Source: an uncultured Nitrospirota bacterium
Lineage (GTDB): Bacteria > CG2-30-53-67
Assembly (NCBI GenBank): GCA_964483105.1
Contig: CAYZZU010000005.1
Coordinates: forward strand, 24,475 to 88,474
Length of the DNA: 64,000 nt
Direction of reading: 5' to 3'
The notes under the pieces were generated by a model. The model made no database searches and had not been told where the DNA came from. It saw nothing but the letters and a program-made list of their open reading frames with translations. Position numbers and translations under genes: made by a program. Each line of letters starts with the position of its first letter. Position 1 is the first letter of the stretch. This document shows, in pieces, positions 8,923-18,338 of this stretch.

Positions 8923-9902
8923 TGAGTGGTCGAAAGATCTGTCATCGTCTCCTGACCGTTGCTCTGATCGCTTTTCTGAACGGAGTGGCCGTGCGGCCGA
9001 TTCCGGCCGTCACCCAACACGATTTAGCCCATCGGACCGAGAAGTGTTCCGACTGCCATACCATGCATTACAGCCGGGAAGGAGCGGTTCCTTCCAACGC
9101 GGAATTGGGAGGACCCTTCAACCGTCTCCTGATCCGGGCGACCACAAACAAACTTTGCCTTTTCTGTCACGACGGGACCGATGTCCGGGCTCCGGACGTG
9201 TTGGCGCCGGTGACGATGTACAACGGATCCGGTGACGAACATTCCGGGGCGGGTTTCTTCGAATTCAGCGGTGGAACGGCAAGCGGAAAGGGCCATGACC
9301 TCGATGTCGATGCCGCAACGGTCCCTTTCAGCACCCTGACCCATATCAGCCTGACCTGCGCGAGTTGTCATGATCCCCATGGTTCGACGAACTTCCGTAA
9401 CTTGTTGACGGCCCCTGCGGGGGGTGCCGGCACCCCGGTGGTACTGGGCGTGGATGTGTTCACCTCGGTCTCGCCGGCGGATCCTCCCACGGCCGCCGGA
9501 TCGATTGCCGCCTATCGGGCTTCCAACATCGGTTATAAGTCCTCCATGTCCGCCTGGTGTGTCCAGTGCCACGACCAGCCGCATACGGTGAGTATGATCG
9601 ACAAATCGCTCCCCGACTTGACACATTGGGTCAACGGGACAGGTGCCGGTTTCGGGGTTCAGACCGGCGACACGATCGAGGGAGTACCCCGTCTCCGGTT
9701 CAAGAATCCCGCAGCCACCGATTATGTCACGGCCCGTACAGTGGGGCAGGGCAACCAGGGAATCTGTGAAAGCTGCCATTTCGCCCATGGGGGCCCCTAT
9801 CTGAAGGATCTTGTCTGGCCGTACCTGGAAGTCCCGGCGCAGGCCGATACCAATTCCGGATGTTACCAGTGTCATGGAACCATGCCGACGAGTTTTCCCT
9901 GA
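8919..9902 (+). CDS. secreted hexaheme c-type cytochrome, OmcS-like and shorter
   Basis: The ATGA overlaps the upstream stop. There is a signal peptide (RLLTVALIAFLNGVAV). Six CxxCH motifs are present (CSDCHTMHY, CLFCH, CASCHDPHGS, CVQCH, CESCHFAHGG, CYQCH). The first and third motifs resemble the OmcS motifs CEGCHTMHN and CSSCHDPHGK as I recall them. Confidence 0.7.
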   Translation: MMSGRKICHRLLTVALIAFLNGVAVRPIPAVTQHDLAHRTEKCSDCHTMHYSREGAVPSNAELGGPFNRLLIRATTNKLCLFCHDGTDVRAPDVLAPVTMYNGSGDEHSGAGFFEFSGGTASGKGHDLDVDAATVPFSTLTHISLTCASCHDPHGSTNFRNLLTAPAGGAGTPVVLGVDVFTSVSPADPPTAAGSIAAYRASNIGYKSSMSAWCVQCHDQPHTVSMIDKSLPDLTHWVNGTGAGFGVQTGDTIEGVPRLRFKNPAATDYVTARTVGQGNQGICESCHFAHGGPYLKDLVWPYLEVPAQADTNSGCYQCHGTMPTSFP

Positions 9903-9953
9903 GGAATGCGTCCGTGAAGAATGAGAATGTGTTCAGAGGATAGAGAGGTTGGA

Positions 9954-11399
9954 ATGAACAAGCGAATCAACACAGATCCGGCTGCGGGAACGCGCCCGAT
10001 CTCCGAAGGACCGCGGCGACGGATCAGCCTGGGACTCCTGCTCCTCTGTGTCGCGGTACTGTATGGGTCTCCCTGCCGCGCCGTTTCCCGGGAGATCCCG
10101 ATTCATCTCGATCCATTGAAAGGGGCCTTGCGGGACCCGGATCTTCCGCGCGGGGCCTGCAACCAGTGTCACCTCTTCCGATCCGGACGGACGGGTCCAA
10201 GCGCCTCGCTCTGGACCGGGAACGACAACACCCTCTGCTATCAGTGCCATGCGGGGTGGAGCCGAACCGGGATTTACCCGGGGCAGCAGGATTATGAACT
10301 CTCGACGCATCAGCGGGATTCCCGCATGGTCTGGCCGGGTCCCAGGCCGAAGGCCCGTCTGGAACCGGATGCCGCGGGGAAATGCGTCAATTGTCACGAC
10401 CCGCATGGAATCAAGGATCGTTTCGGCCTGATCCCGGCCCTGCTTTTCCGGCGGGACAGCCGTCTCTGCCTGACCTGCCACAACGGCCGTCAGTCCCGGG
10501 TGAATCTCGAGGCTGAATTCAGGAAGCCTTACCGTCATCCGCTGGATCGGTCCGTGGGTCGACACCGGCCCGGGGAGGGGAATCATCCCGGCCGATACGG
10601 CATTTCCAACCGGCACGTCTCCTGTTCGGATTGTCACAACCCGCATACGGTTCGGTCGGACGCGGTTGCTCCGAAGCCCCCGGACGTTTCGAACCGGAAC
10701 CGCTGGGTCAGCGGGGTACGGGTCATCAACCGGGGCGCCGGATCGATCCCCTCTTATATTTACCGCAGTCCGTTGGATCGATCGACCCCGCTCAAGGAGT
10801 ATGAGATCTGCTTCAAGTGTCATTCTTCCTGGACGGTACAGCCTCCCGGACAGACCGATCTGGCCAAGTTTCTGAATCCCAACAACCCTTCCTATCACCC
10901 GGTGGAGTCCCTGGGGAAAGATCTTCAGATCCCGGATATCGCGTTTGTGCGTGGGTGGACGGCGCGCAAGATGACTTACTGCGGGGATTGCCACGGCAGC
11001 GATGACTCGAATATCCGGGGGCCGCACGGTTCACTGTATCCCAATCTGCTTCACGCCCGGTATCCCGCCTCTTCGAATCTTCGTTCCATGGGTCCGGATG
11101 AACTCTGTTTTTCTTGTCATAACTACAAGACCTATTCCGATTCGAACGCGGCCCCGGCGATCCTGGAAGGGAGCCGATGGAATCCTCCGATGGCCGCAAA
11201 TGGGCATGCCTACCACGTGGGTGATCAACGAACCCCCTGTTACGCCTGCCATGATTCGCATGCGTCGACGAGCTTTCCCGCCCTGATCCGAACGGGGCGC
11301 ACCCCGGGGTTGAGGTCTTTTACGCAGAGTCCGGGTGGAGGAAGCTGCACGGCAACCTGTCATCCCTCCCGATCTTATCGCGTCAATTATTCGAGATAG
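9954..11399 (+). CDS. secreted decaheme c-type cytochrome (9 CxxCH plus a C-terminal CTATCH, i.e. CX3CH)
   Basis: CNQCH, CYQCH, CVNCH, CLTCH, CSDCH, CFKCH, CGDCH, CFSCH and CYACH are followed by the atypical CTATCH. The N-terminus has a long n-region and a hydrophobic core (ISLGLLLLCVAVLYGSPCRA). The start could be 9921 (track) or 9954 (MNKRIN). Confidence 0.75.
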   Translation: MNKRINTDPAAGTRPISEGPRRRISLGLLLLCVAVLYGSPCRAVSREIPIHLDPLKGALRDPDLPRGACNQCHLFRSGRTGPSASLWTGNDNTLCYQCHAGWSRTGIYPGQQDYELSTHQRDSRMVWPGPRPKARLEPDAAGKCVNCHDPHGIKDRFGLIPALLFRRDSRLCLTCHNGRQSRVNLEAEFRKPYRHPLDRSVGRHRPGEGNHPGRYGISNRHVSCSDCHNPHTVRSDAVAPKPPDVSNRNRWVSGVRVINRGAGSIPSYIYRSPLDRSTPLKEYEICFKCHSSWTVQPPGQTDLAKFLNPNNPSYHPVESLGKDLQIPDIAFVRGWTARKMTYCGDCHGSDDSNIRGPHGSLYPNLLHARYPASSNLRSMGPDELCFSCHNYKTYSDSNAAPAILEGSRWNPPMAANGHAYHVGDQRTPCYACHDSHASTSFPALIRTGRTPGLRSFTQSPGGGSCTATCHPSRSYRVNYSR

Positions 11400-11411
11400 G
11401 AAAAGGAGGTT

Positions 11412-13076
11412 ATGGCGATCGGACGATGCAGTGAAGTACGGAGAAGAACCGGGGTTTTGTTGGTGGGAGTCATCATGTTGGGAGGAATCGCGTTATGGGG
11501 GATGCCCGCCCGGTCGGATGCGGTGCCCCTGACACGCGGGTCCTTTTTTCTGAACGATCACTTAACGGATTCGGCTTCCTCCCGGAACGATTTTGTTTCA
11601 GCGGGGTTGAATCTGAACCTGGAGGATCATCTGTTTGTCAAGAACCGCATGGGGCTCAGTCTGTATCTTCCGTGGACCCAACAGAGCCGGAGTGGATCCG
11701 GGCAGGGGCAGGAAACCAATCGTTCCTTTGCGCCGCGGGGTCTGATGAACCTGAGTGGCAAGGATTACACCCTGAATGTGACGCACGGGATTGTCCGGAA
11801 TTTTGATCCCCTGACCGGGGAACGGTCCAGCCGCGACACGGATATCGGGCTGAACATGACGCCGGATAAGATGCTGCCGCTGCAGTTGAACTATACGGAG
11901 AACAAATCATTGGTTTCCAGCATCGTTACCAAAAACAAGAACTGGTCTGCCGGCAGCGACGCGGATCTGGGCTCGATTCATCTGAGCGGAGGATATCTGC
12001 GGCAGGAAAACAGCTCCAGTCAGCAGGGAGGGCTTTCCGAAAACCGGAGTGGATTCGGGGAAGCCGCGGCGACCTGGAATCTATGGCGTGAGACCTTTCT
12101 CCATGCCTCCTATGATTTCTCAGACAGCCGCGGCAGCGCGAAACTGAGTCATACCGCAAACAAGGCCCGGACCCTTTCCTTCCTGATCAACAGCGTCCCC
12201 TACGACTGGCTGAACCTGTCGGGGAGTTATGTCGGGGATTTCAGTGACGGGACCACGTCCTCCGGGGGACGGAGATCCGGCTTTTCTCAGGATGAAACGA
12301 CGGCGGACCTCACGGTACAGATCACCCCGGCCGAATGGTGCAGCCTGAGCGCGCACCAGGGAAGGACCCGGAACGAACAGAACGGTGAGCTCAGAATCTC
12401 GAAGTTAACGGCTCTTTCCATCAGCGCTTCCGGAGAAATTATGGAAAACATCGATGGTGTTTTCAACCTCTCCCGCTCCATCAACGATGATTCCGAACAG
12501 GGAAGGAGTGTCAGCACCTCCGCGTTCATTACCGGGAATATGATTCTCAACCCCGAAATCACCCTGCGCATCAACAGCGGATTGACGAAGAACGAGATTC
12601 CAAGGGAAAGCGGAGTGCCTACAGCAGGTCCTGGAAACTATGCGACCAGCACGCACGTGGATCTCTGGTCTTCTCCGACAGAGAAGACCACCCTGTCGGT
12701 CAATTATACGGCGAGCGCCACCCGGGATCATCCCTTTTTTTTCGGACGGGACGACCAGAGTATCGGGGGGACGCTGAGTCTGCTCGCCAAGAAAAATGTG
12801 ATTTACAACCTTTCTGTTTTTCGACATTTCCCTTCCGGGGGGGAGGCAAGTTCCTCGTACAACGGCTCTTTGTCCTACCGATTTTACAAGGGGTCCCACA
12901 TGACTCTGAGTTATGAAGAGAGCGTCAGCCCGGGGAATCGCAACGGATCCGTGAGCGGAAATTTCGTGATTGTATTGCCGAAGCAGACGAGCCTGTTAAT
13001 CAATTACAATCTTGCGGGTTTGTCTACAGAGGAGAAGACAACCTCCCTGGGGGTTCAATTCTCAAAACCATTTTAA
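11412..13076 (+). CDS. putative outer-membrane beta-barrel protein; candidate porin partner of the upstream decaheme (MtrB/MtoB/PioB-like arrangement)
   Basis: An AGGAGG ribosome-binding site is present, with a signal peptide (LLVGVIMLGGIALWGMPARSDA). The 554-aa sequence is rich in S/T/N/G/Y with alternating hydrophobic and polar residues, and the C-terminus ends ...LGVQFSKPF (terminal aromatic, as is usual for an outer-membrane protein). It lies immediately after the decaheme gene. No homology search was possible. Confidence 0.45.
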   Translation: MAIGRCSEVRRRTGVLLVGVIMLGGIALWGMPARSDAVPLTRGSFFLNDHLTDSASSRNDFVSAGLNLNLEDHLFVKNRMGLSLYLPWTQQSRSGSGQGQETNRSFAPRGLMNLSGKDYTLNVTHGIVRNFDPLTGERSSRDTDIGLNMTPDKMLPLQLNYTENKSLVSSIVTKNKNWSAGSDADLGSIHLSGGYLRQENSSSQQGGLSENRSGFGEAAATWNLWRETFLHASYDFSDSRGSAKLSHTANKARTLSFLINSVPYDWLNLSGSYVGDFSDGTTSSGGRRSGFSQDETTADLTVQITPAEWCSLSAHQGRTRNEQNGELRISKLTALSISASGEIMENIDGVFNLSRSINDDSEQGRSVSTSAFITGNMILNPEITLRINSGLTKNEIPRESGVPTAGPGNYATSTHVDLWSSPTEKTTLSVNYTASATRDHPFFFGRDDQSIGGTLSLLAKKNVIYNLSVFRHFPSGGEASSSYNGSLSYRFYKGSHMTLSYEESVSPGNRNGSVSGNFVIVLPKQTSLLINYNLAGLSTEEKTTSLGVQFSKPF

Positions 13077-13088
13077 GAGGAACACGGT

Positions 13089-13706
13089 ATGAAACGAAGA
13101 TGCGGTTTTTGCAGAACCGGATTCACACTTTCCATTCTTCTGGCGTTCCAGTTGGTTACGGCCGGATGTGGGGGAGTGTCCATCCGGAAATATATTCACC
13201 CGGACGCCGACATGTCCTTTTACAAGAAGGTGGGCGTGATCCCCTTTCGCAACCTTTCTTCCGACCGGTTGGCCGGAACCAAACTGACGGAAACCTTTGT
13301 GACCGAATTGATGATTCCGAACCGGTTTGAAGTAGCTCCGCCGGGGGAATTCCGGCATATCGTCCAGAAGGTGAGTCTGGCCGTGGGCCCGATTTCCGAG
13401 GTGGAGTTTGTGCCCGCGCAGTTGAAGAAGATCGCGAAGGAGTCCGGGGTCCAGGGAATCTTCATGGGGACCGTTCAGGAATATGAAATGACCCGGATCG
13501 GACAGGCGCAGTATCCCGTGATTTCGTTGAATGTCCGGTTCGTGGACGCCGAGACCGGGACCGTGGTCTGGCAGGAGAGTTATTTCGAGCGGGGTGGTCC
13601 GAAGCTGCCGGTCCTCGCCATCGGAGAGATCATGACGCTGGGTGAATTAAGTCAAAGAACCTGCAGACATGTGATGCGGGATTTCTATCACAGCAAACTC
13701 TTTTAG
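13089..13706 (+). CDS. lipoprotein, CsgG-like or TolB N-terminal domain-like (paralog 1)
   Basis: The lipobox is LVTAGC, with an AAGAGGA ribosome-binding site. The motifs KVGVIPFRNLSSDR ... VISLNVRFVDAETGTVVWQES are reminiscent of CsgG family lipoproteins (KIFVSVYNIQD ... VNLRVVNVSTGEIL). This is recalled from memory, so the family assignment is tentative. Confidence 0.4.
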   Translation: MKRRCGFCRTGFTLSILLAFQLVTAGCGGVSIRKYIHPDADMSFYKKVGVIPFRNLSSDRLAGTKLTETFVTELMIPNRFEVAPPGEFRHIVQKVSLAVGPISEVEFVPAQLKKIAKESGVQGIFMGTVQEYEMTRIGQAQYPVISLNVRFVDAETGTVVWQESYFERGGPKLPVLAIGEIMTLGELSQRTCRHVMRDFYHSKLF

Positions 13707-13760
13707 ACTCAACCGTCGGATTGGAGAGGCCGGGAGGATTGCCGGCCGGAAAGGAGTCCT

Positions 13761-14408
13761 ATGAACCGGATCATTTCAGCCGGGGACCGAGTGAAAACGT
13801 TTACGGTCCTCTTCCTGACCCTCGTCTCAATTGGAGGATGGATCGGTTGCCATGCCGTTGTGCCATCCGGCATGACGCCGCAATCCCGATGGAAGGTGGC
13901 GATTCTGCCATTTGAAAACCTCAGCAACGAAGAAGGCGCCGGCCGGATTGCCGGAAACATATTCCTGGTCAAGGCGCTGAACTCCGGGGTGTTTGATATC
14001 GCGGATCCGGGGGCCGTGGACGAGGAATTAGGCGCGGAACGTGTTCGTCTAACGGCCCATATCCCTCTTGAGACCCTTCGGAAAATAGGGAAGCGGCTGC
14101 AGGTTCATTATATCCTGATGGGGAGCGTCCTGGAAGATGAGATGCAGATATTAAGCGGTGTGGGCGGTGGCGGCCAGGTTCCTTCGGTTGCTTTGACAAC
14201 CCGGATGATCGACGTCCGGACCGGGCGTGTGGTCTGGGCGGACGCGCAGTCCAAGCGGGGCACGGATTATGAAAAAATCTTCGGATTCGGAAGAATTTAT
14301 TCGACGAGCCGGCTCATGGAGATTGTGACGGAAAAGATGGTCTCCTCTTTAACGCGCTCCCTCGCGAAACAGGGGCTCGAACCTGGAGATGGAAAGGCGG
14401 GAAAATGA
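13761..14408 (+). CDS. lipoprotein, CsgG-like or TolB N-terminal domain-like (paralog 2)
   Basis: The lipobox is WIGC, with an AAGGAG ribosome-binding site. The motifs KVAILPFENLSNEEGAG ... VALTTRMIDVRTGRVVWADAQSKRG show the same architecture as the upstream paralog. Confidence 0.4.
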   Translation: MNRIISAGDRVKTFTVLFLTLVSIGGWIGCHAVVPSGMTPQSRWKVAILPFENLSNEEGAGRIAGNIFLVKALNSGVFDIADPGAVDEELGAERVRLTAHIPLETLRKIGKRLQVHYILMGSVLEDEMQILSGVGGGGQVPSVALTTRMIDVRTGRVVWADAQSKRGTDYEKIFGFGRIYSTSRLMEIVTEKMVSSLTRSLAKQGLEPGDGKAGK

Positions 14409-14974
14409 AAGGTATGTGGATTGTCCTGGTGAGTTTTCTTATGCTCCTGAGCGCCGGGACCTCCGGCGTCTGCGCGGTTTCGGCCCGCTTCGTAGGTGTT
14501 CGAAAATGCCGCATCTGCCACTTGAAGGAATACAAAAGTTGGGCGGAGACTCCGATGTCCAGGGCCTTCGACCTGCTGAAACCCGGTGTCGACAGCGCGG
14601 CCAAGGTGGCCGTGGGCCTGAGGGGGGAAAAGGATTACACGGAGGATCCCGCCTGTCTGAGGTGTCATGTCACCGGAGGGCGGACCGATCTGCCCGGGGT
14701 ACAGTGCGAGGCCTGCCACGGACCCGGTTCCGGCTATATCAAGGTCATGATCATGAACCGGCATTACCTTCGAAAAGAACTCTCCGAAAAGGGACTTCGG
14801 GATGCCGGAAAGCCGGACTGTGTCCGGTGTCATAATTCGAAGAGTCCATTTTACAAGGGATTCAATTATGAACAGTACGCCCGACGGGAACTCCACTTCC
14901 AGGTGTTCTCCGTACCGGGGGTCCACAAAAAGTTCCCCTTGAAATTTCAACATACGTCATCAGGTAAGGAGTAA
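14405..14974 (+). CDS. small periplasmic tetraheme c-type cytochrome
   Basis: The ATGA overlaps the upstream stop. There is a signal peptide (MWIVLVSFLMLLSAGTSGVCA) and four CxxCH motifs (CRICH, CLRCH, CEACH, CVRCH) in 189 aa. Confidence 0.75.
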   Translation: MKGMWIVLVSFLMLLSAGTSGVCAVSARFVGVRKCRICHLKEYKSWAETPMSRAFDLLKPGVDSAAKVAVGLRGEKDYTEDPACLRCHVTGGRTDLPGVQCEACHGPGSGYIKVMIMNRHYLRKELSEKGLRDAGKPDCVRCHNSKSPFYKGFNYEQYARRELHFQVFSVPGVHKKFPLKFQHTSSGKE

Positions 14975-14978
14975 TTCC

Positions 14979-17900
14979 ATGCGCATGAACCGTTTCTGTC
15001 GGGTTGTTCTCCCGCTTCTTTGTCTCAGCATCCTCGGCGCCGGGGTTGTGATCGCCTTTTCCCCGACAAGTTCTGAAGCGAGGGTCAAGGCCTGTTACGA
15101 CTGTCACCAGGATGCCCGAAAGGCCTTTCGAAAGAAAACGGTTCATGACCCGGTAGCGAAAAAAAATTGCGAGGCCTGCCACTCGCGGCACGGGTTTACG
15201 AATAAACTGATCCTGAAGAAAACCGGTCCGGATCTCTGCTTTGATTGCCACCGGGATGCGAAAAAGAACTTCAGCCGGGGGAGTGTCCATGCCCCGATCG
15301 ACGAGGGGAAATGCACGGCCTGTCACGATCCGCACGCCTCCGACGGCAAGTCCCTCCTGAAGGCGAAAAAAACGGAAACGCTATGCCTCTCCTGCCATAC
15401 CGGCCTTGCCCGGGAGAAGAAAAAAGAGGTGCTGCATCAGCCCTTCGCGGAAGGAAACTGCCTGGCCTGCCACGATCCTCACAACGCGGAAGGCAAAGCT
15501 CTGCTCCTCAAGAAGGGGAACCTCCTCTGCGTGAAATGCCATCCGGGCCGTCAAATCGCCGCGTCATCCTCCCATCGTTCAATTGATTCGAAGACAAGCT
15601 GTCTTTCCTGCCATCGTCCCCATGCCTCGGACGCGAAGCATCTGCTGGACTCCAGCCTGCATCTCCCCTTCGCGGAGGGCAAATGCGACTCATGCCATAC
15701 CGAAGCCGCGCCCGGCAAAGAGGCGGCACTGAAAAAACCGGTGCGGGAACTCTGCGTGCAATGTCACGCGGAGGTGTCCCGACAAACCGAGAGGGGCCAT
15801 GTCCATCCCCCGGCCGGAGAGGGGAATTGCACTCTTTGTCATGATCCCCATCAGAGTCCGAATCGTCCCCTGCTCAAGTCCCCGCAAAAGGCCCTTTGCC
15901 TCACCTGTCACTCCGACCAGGCGGGACGGTTCAAACAGCCGACACTGCATCCCCCCTTCGCGTCGGGTAAATGTTCCTCCTGTCATGAACCGCATGGATC
16001 GGAGAATGCTCGCTTGCTTCGGTCCGGTCTGAAGCCGCTCTGCCTTTCGTGTCACAAGGCGTTGGCGGAACGTCTCCGGAAGTCCGGGTCGGTCCACCCG
16101 GCTCTCCGGAACAAGAATTGCCTGGGATGCCATACGGCTCACAGTTCCGATGAGCCGGGGCTTCTTCGGCAGGATCAGTCATCGCTGTGCCTGACCTGTC
16201 ATCAGGATTTTCAGAAGGCGTTGAATGTTTCCCATCCGCATCGGCCGATCGTGAAGGGGAAATGCTCCTCCTGCCATGCTCCGCACGCCTCGGATCAAAA
16301 AAATCTTCTGAAAAAGGAAGGGGTCTGCTTTACCTGTCATCAAGATCTTGGAAAACCCGGGAAGGGAATGCGATTGCATGCCCCCTTTGCTTCGGAGAAA
16401 TGCGGTGTCTGTCATAACGCGCACGGCAGTGAGAAGAAAAACTTTCTGATTCTGCCCGAAAAGGAGCTCTGCGCGCAGTGCCACTCCATCGAAAAGATCC
16501 TTTCCCGTAAATCCGTACATACCCCTGTGGCGGACGGAAACTGCTCGGGCTGTCACGATCCCCACTTTGCTTCCAACAGGAACCTGCTGCGCAAAACCGG
16601 TTTCAAACTCTGTTTCAGTTGTCATGACGGTACGTCGTTTAAATACGGGATCGTTCATAAACCGGTCCATGAAGGCCGTTGTGATCTTTGCCATTCGGCG
16701 CATGGTTCGGATGTGGCGGGGGATCTGTCCCAGCCCGAGGGGAAGCTCTGCAGGACCTGTCACTCCTTTGATGAGAAGGCGTTCCCCAGCGTGATGCTGT
16801 CCGACGCACACCGTGGAAAGAAATGTTCCATCTGCCACGATCCGCATTCCTCAGCGGGAGATCCCAACCTGATCCGGAAACAGAAGAATCCCCATTTTGA
16901 CCAGTGTAATTTCTGTCATGATGACTCCGCTCCGGAGGGAAGTTTCCGGCTTCTACCCAAAAAACAGAGCGATTATTTTTCTTCTCTGCGGGACACCTCC
17001 GGGAACGGGAAGGGGGATTTCGAGGGGAAGGTCGTGCACGAACCGGTGCGCAGGGGGGAATGTGTGCTTTGTCATGCGTCACACGCCACGAACGTGAAGG
17101 ATGATCTTCTGAACCGGACCGTTCCGGATCTCTGTTTTACGTGCCATACGAAGACCAAGACGGAGCTGAAGCGGAAATTCACGCATACCCCGTTCCGTTC
17201 CGGAGAATGCCGGACGTGCCATAACGCGCATACCTCGTCCGCGCCCGGGCTGTTGCGGAAACAGACGGTGAAACTCTGTTTTTCCTGTCATGAAGACCTG
17301 AAGGTGAAACTCGCCTCCGAGAAGGTGCATCAACCGGTGAAAGAAGGGAAATGTCTGGCGTGTCACGACGCGCACGCCACGGGAAACAGCGCGCTGCTGA
17401 AGAAGAAGGCAAGACGCATCTGCCTTGAGTGCCATGACACCGGGAAAACAGGTTTTGTCAAGGCCCACTTCCGGCACAGGGATATGGCCGGCACCGATTG
17501 TCTCAGTTGTCATGACGCCCACTCCGTTCCCAAGAGCAGCCGGAAGTTGCTGAAACCGCATGCTCATCCTCCTTACGAGGCCGGAATGTGTGACGCCTGC
17601 CACACCACGAACGACGCACTGACGGTAACCGACACTTCGGAAAATCTCTGTTTCGGATGCCACGAGGACGACCCGGGTGAGTTTCATCAGTCGGATAAGC
17701 ATCATGCCTTGAAGATCAGGCGGAAATGCCTCAACTGTCACTCTCCACACCTGGGGTATACGGAGCAGAACCTGCGTAATCCGATCCCGGCCCTCTGCTT
17801 TTCCTGTCATGGTTCCGGGATCATGGGGAAAAAGCATAAGCATCCGCCCGCCACAGTAACCTGTCTGCTCTGTCACAGACCCCATTCGACGAAGGATGAT

Positions 17901-18128
17901 TTTCTCCTGCAGGACAGGATCATCCCCGTTTGTGAGACCTGCCACGACGTCGCGGGAAAACATACGCATCCGATCGGAGGGGATTACAAGGACCCGACCA
18001 ATGGACGAATGCTGACCTGTGCCAGTTGCCATAATCCACACTCCTCGGAGTTTGAAAAATTGACACGAGGCGAACGGAGCCGGGGACTTTGTATACGGTG
18101 CCATAAACCCGGAGAGCATGAGTTGTGA
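14979..18128 (+). CDS. giant multiheme c-type cytochrome with 41 CxxCH motifs in 1049 aa
   Basis: A TAAGGAG ribosome-binding site is present, with a signal peptide (RVVLPLLCLSILGAGVVIAF). I counted 41 CxxCH motifs in the translation. They are arranged as tandem modules of about 50 aa, each alternating LC[LF]xCH with ...G.C..CHDPH.S, i.e. roughly one heme per 25 residues. Confidence 0.85.
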   Translation: MRMNRFCRVVLPLLCLSILGAGVVIAFSPTSSEARVKACYDCHQDARKAFRKKTVHDPVAKKNCEACHSRHGFTNKLILKKTGPDLCFDCHRDAKKNFSRGSVHAPIDEGKCTACHDPHASDGKSLLKAKKTETLCLSCHTGLAREKKKEVLHQPFAEGNCLACHDPHNAEGKALLLKKGNLLCVKCHPGRQIAASSSHRSIDSKTSCLSCHRPHASDAKHLLDSSLHLPFAEGKCDSCHTEAAPGKEAALKKPVRELCVQCHAEVSRQTERGHVHPPAGEGNCTLCHDPHQSPNRPLLKSPQKALCLTCHSDQAGRFKQPTLHPPFASGKCSSCHEPHGSENARLLRSGLKPLCLSCHKALAERLRKSGSVHPALRNKNCLGCHTAHSSDEPGLLRQDQSSLCLTCHQDFQKALNVSHPHRPIVKGKCSSCHAPHASDQKNLLKKEGVCFTCHQDLGKPGKGMRLHAPFASEKCGVCHNAHGSEKKNFLILPEKELCAQCHSIEKILSRKSVHTPVADGNCSGCHDPHFASNRNLLRKTGFKLCFSCHDGTSFKYGIVHKPVHEGRCDLCHSAHGSDVAGDLSQPEGKLCRTCHSFDEKAFPSVMLSDAHRGKKCSICHDPHSSAGDPNLIRKQKNPHFDQCNFCHDDSAPEGSFRLLPKKQSDYFSSLRDTSGNGKGDFEGKVVHEPVRRGECVLCHASHATNVKDDLLNRTVPDLCFTCHTKTKTELKRKFTHTPFRSGECRTCHNAHTSSAPGLLRKQTVKLCFSCHEDLKVKLASEKVHQPVKEGKCLACHDAHATGNSALLKKKARRICLECHDTGKTGFVKAHFRHRDMAGTDCLSCHDAHSVPKSSRKLLKPHAHPPYEAGMCDACHTTNDALTVTDTSENLCFGCHEDDPGEFHQSDKHHALKIRRKCLNCHSPHLGYTEQNLRNPIPALCFSCHGSGIMGKKHKHPPATVTCLLCHRPHSTKDDFLLQDRIIPVCETCHDVAGKHTHPIGGDYKDPTNGRMLTCASCHNPHSSEFEKLTRGERSRGLCIRCHKPGEHEL

Positions 18129-18338
18129 GGATTCAGCATAGGGGGCGATGTGGGGGTGGAGAAAAAGGGGAGTCTAAAGCCACCGGATTTTGATCCGATG
18201 TTCCACCCGTTTCAACTCTGAGCCGCCTGCCATGAGCTCGGCCTGAAACCTCATGGCTGTCGCTGCGGCACAGGCATCCGCAAAAGAGAACGGATATTGC
18301 GCCTGGATTCCGGCGGCATCCATCCCGTCCGAATTCGA

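Noticed and set aside
13089-14408. Assigning the two small lipoproteins specifically as LptE, LpoB or PelC.
   Set aside because: A better LptE candidate sits after leuS at 55210. I cannot distinguish the CsgG, TolB N-terminal, LpoB and PelC folds from the sequence alone, so I kept a generic CsgG/TolB N-terminal-like call.
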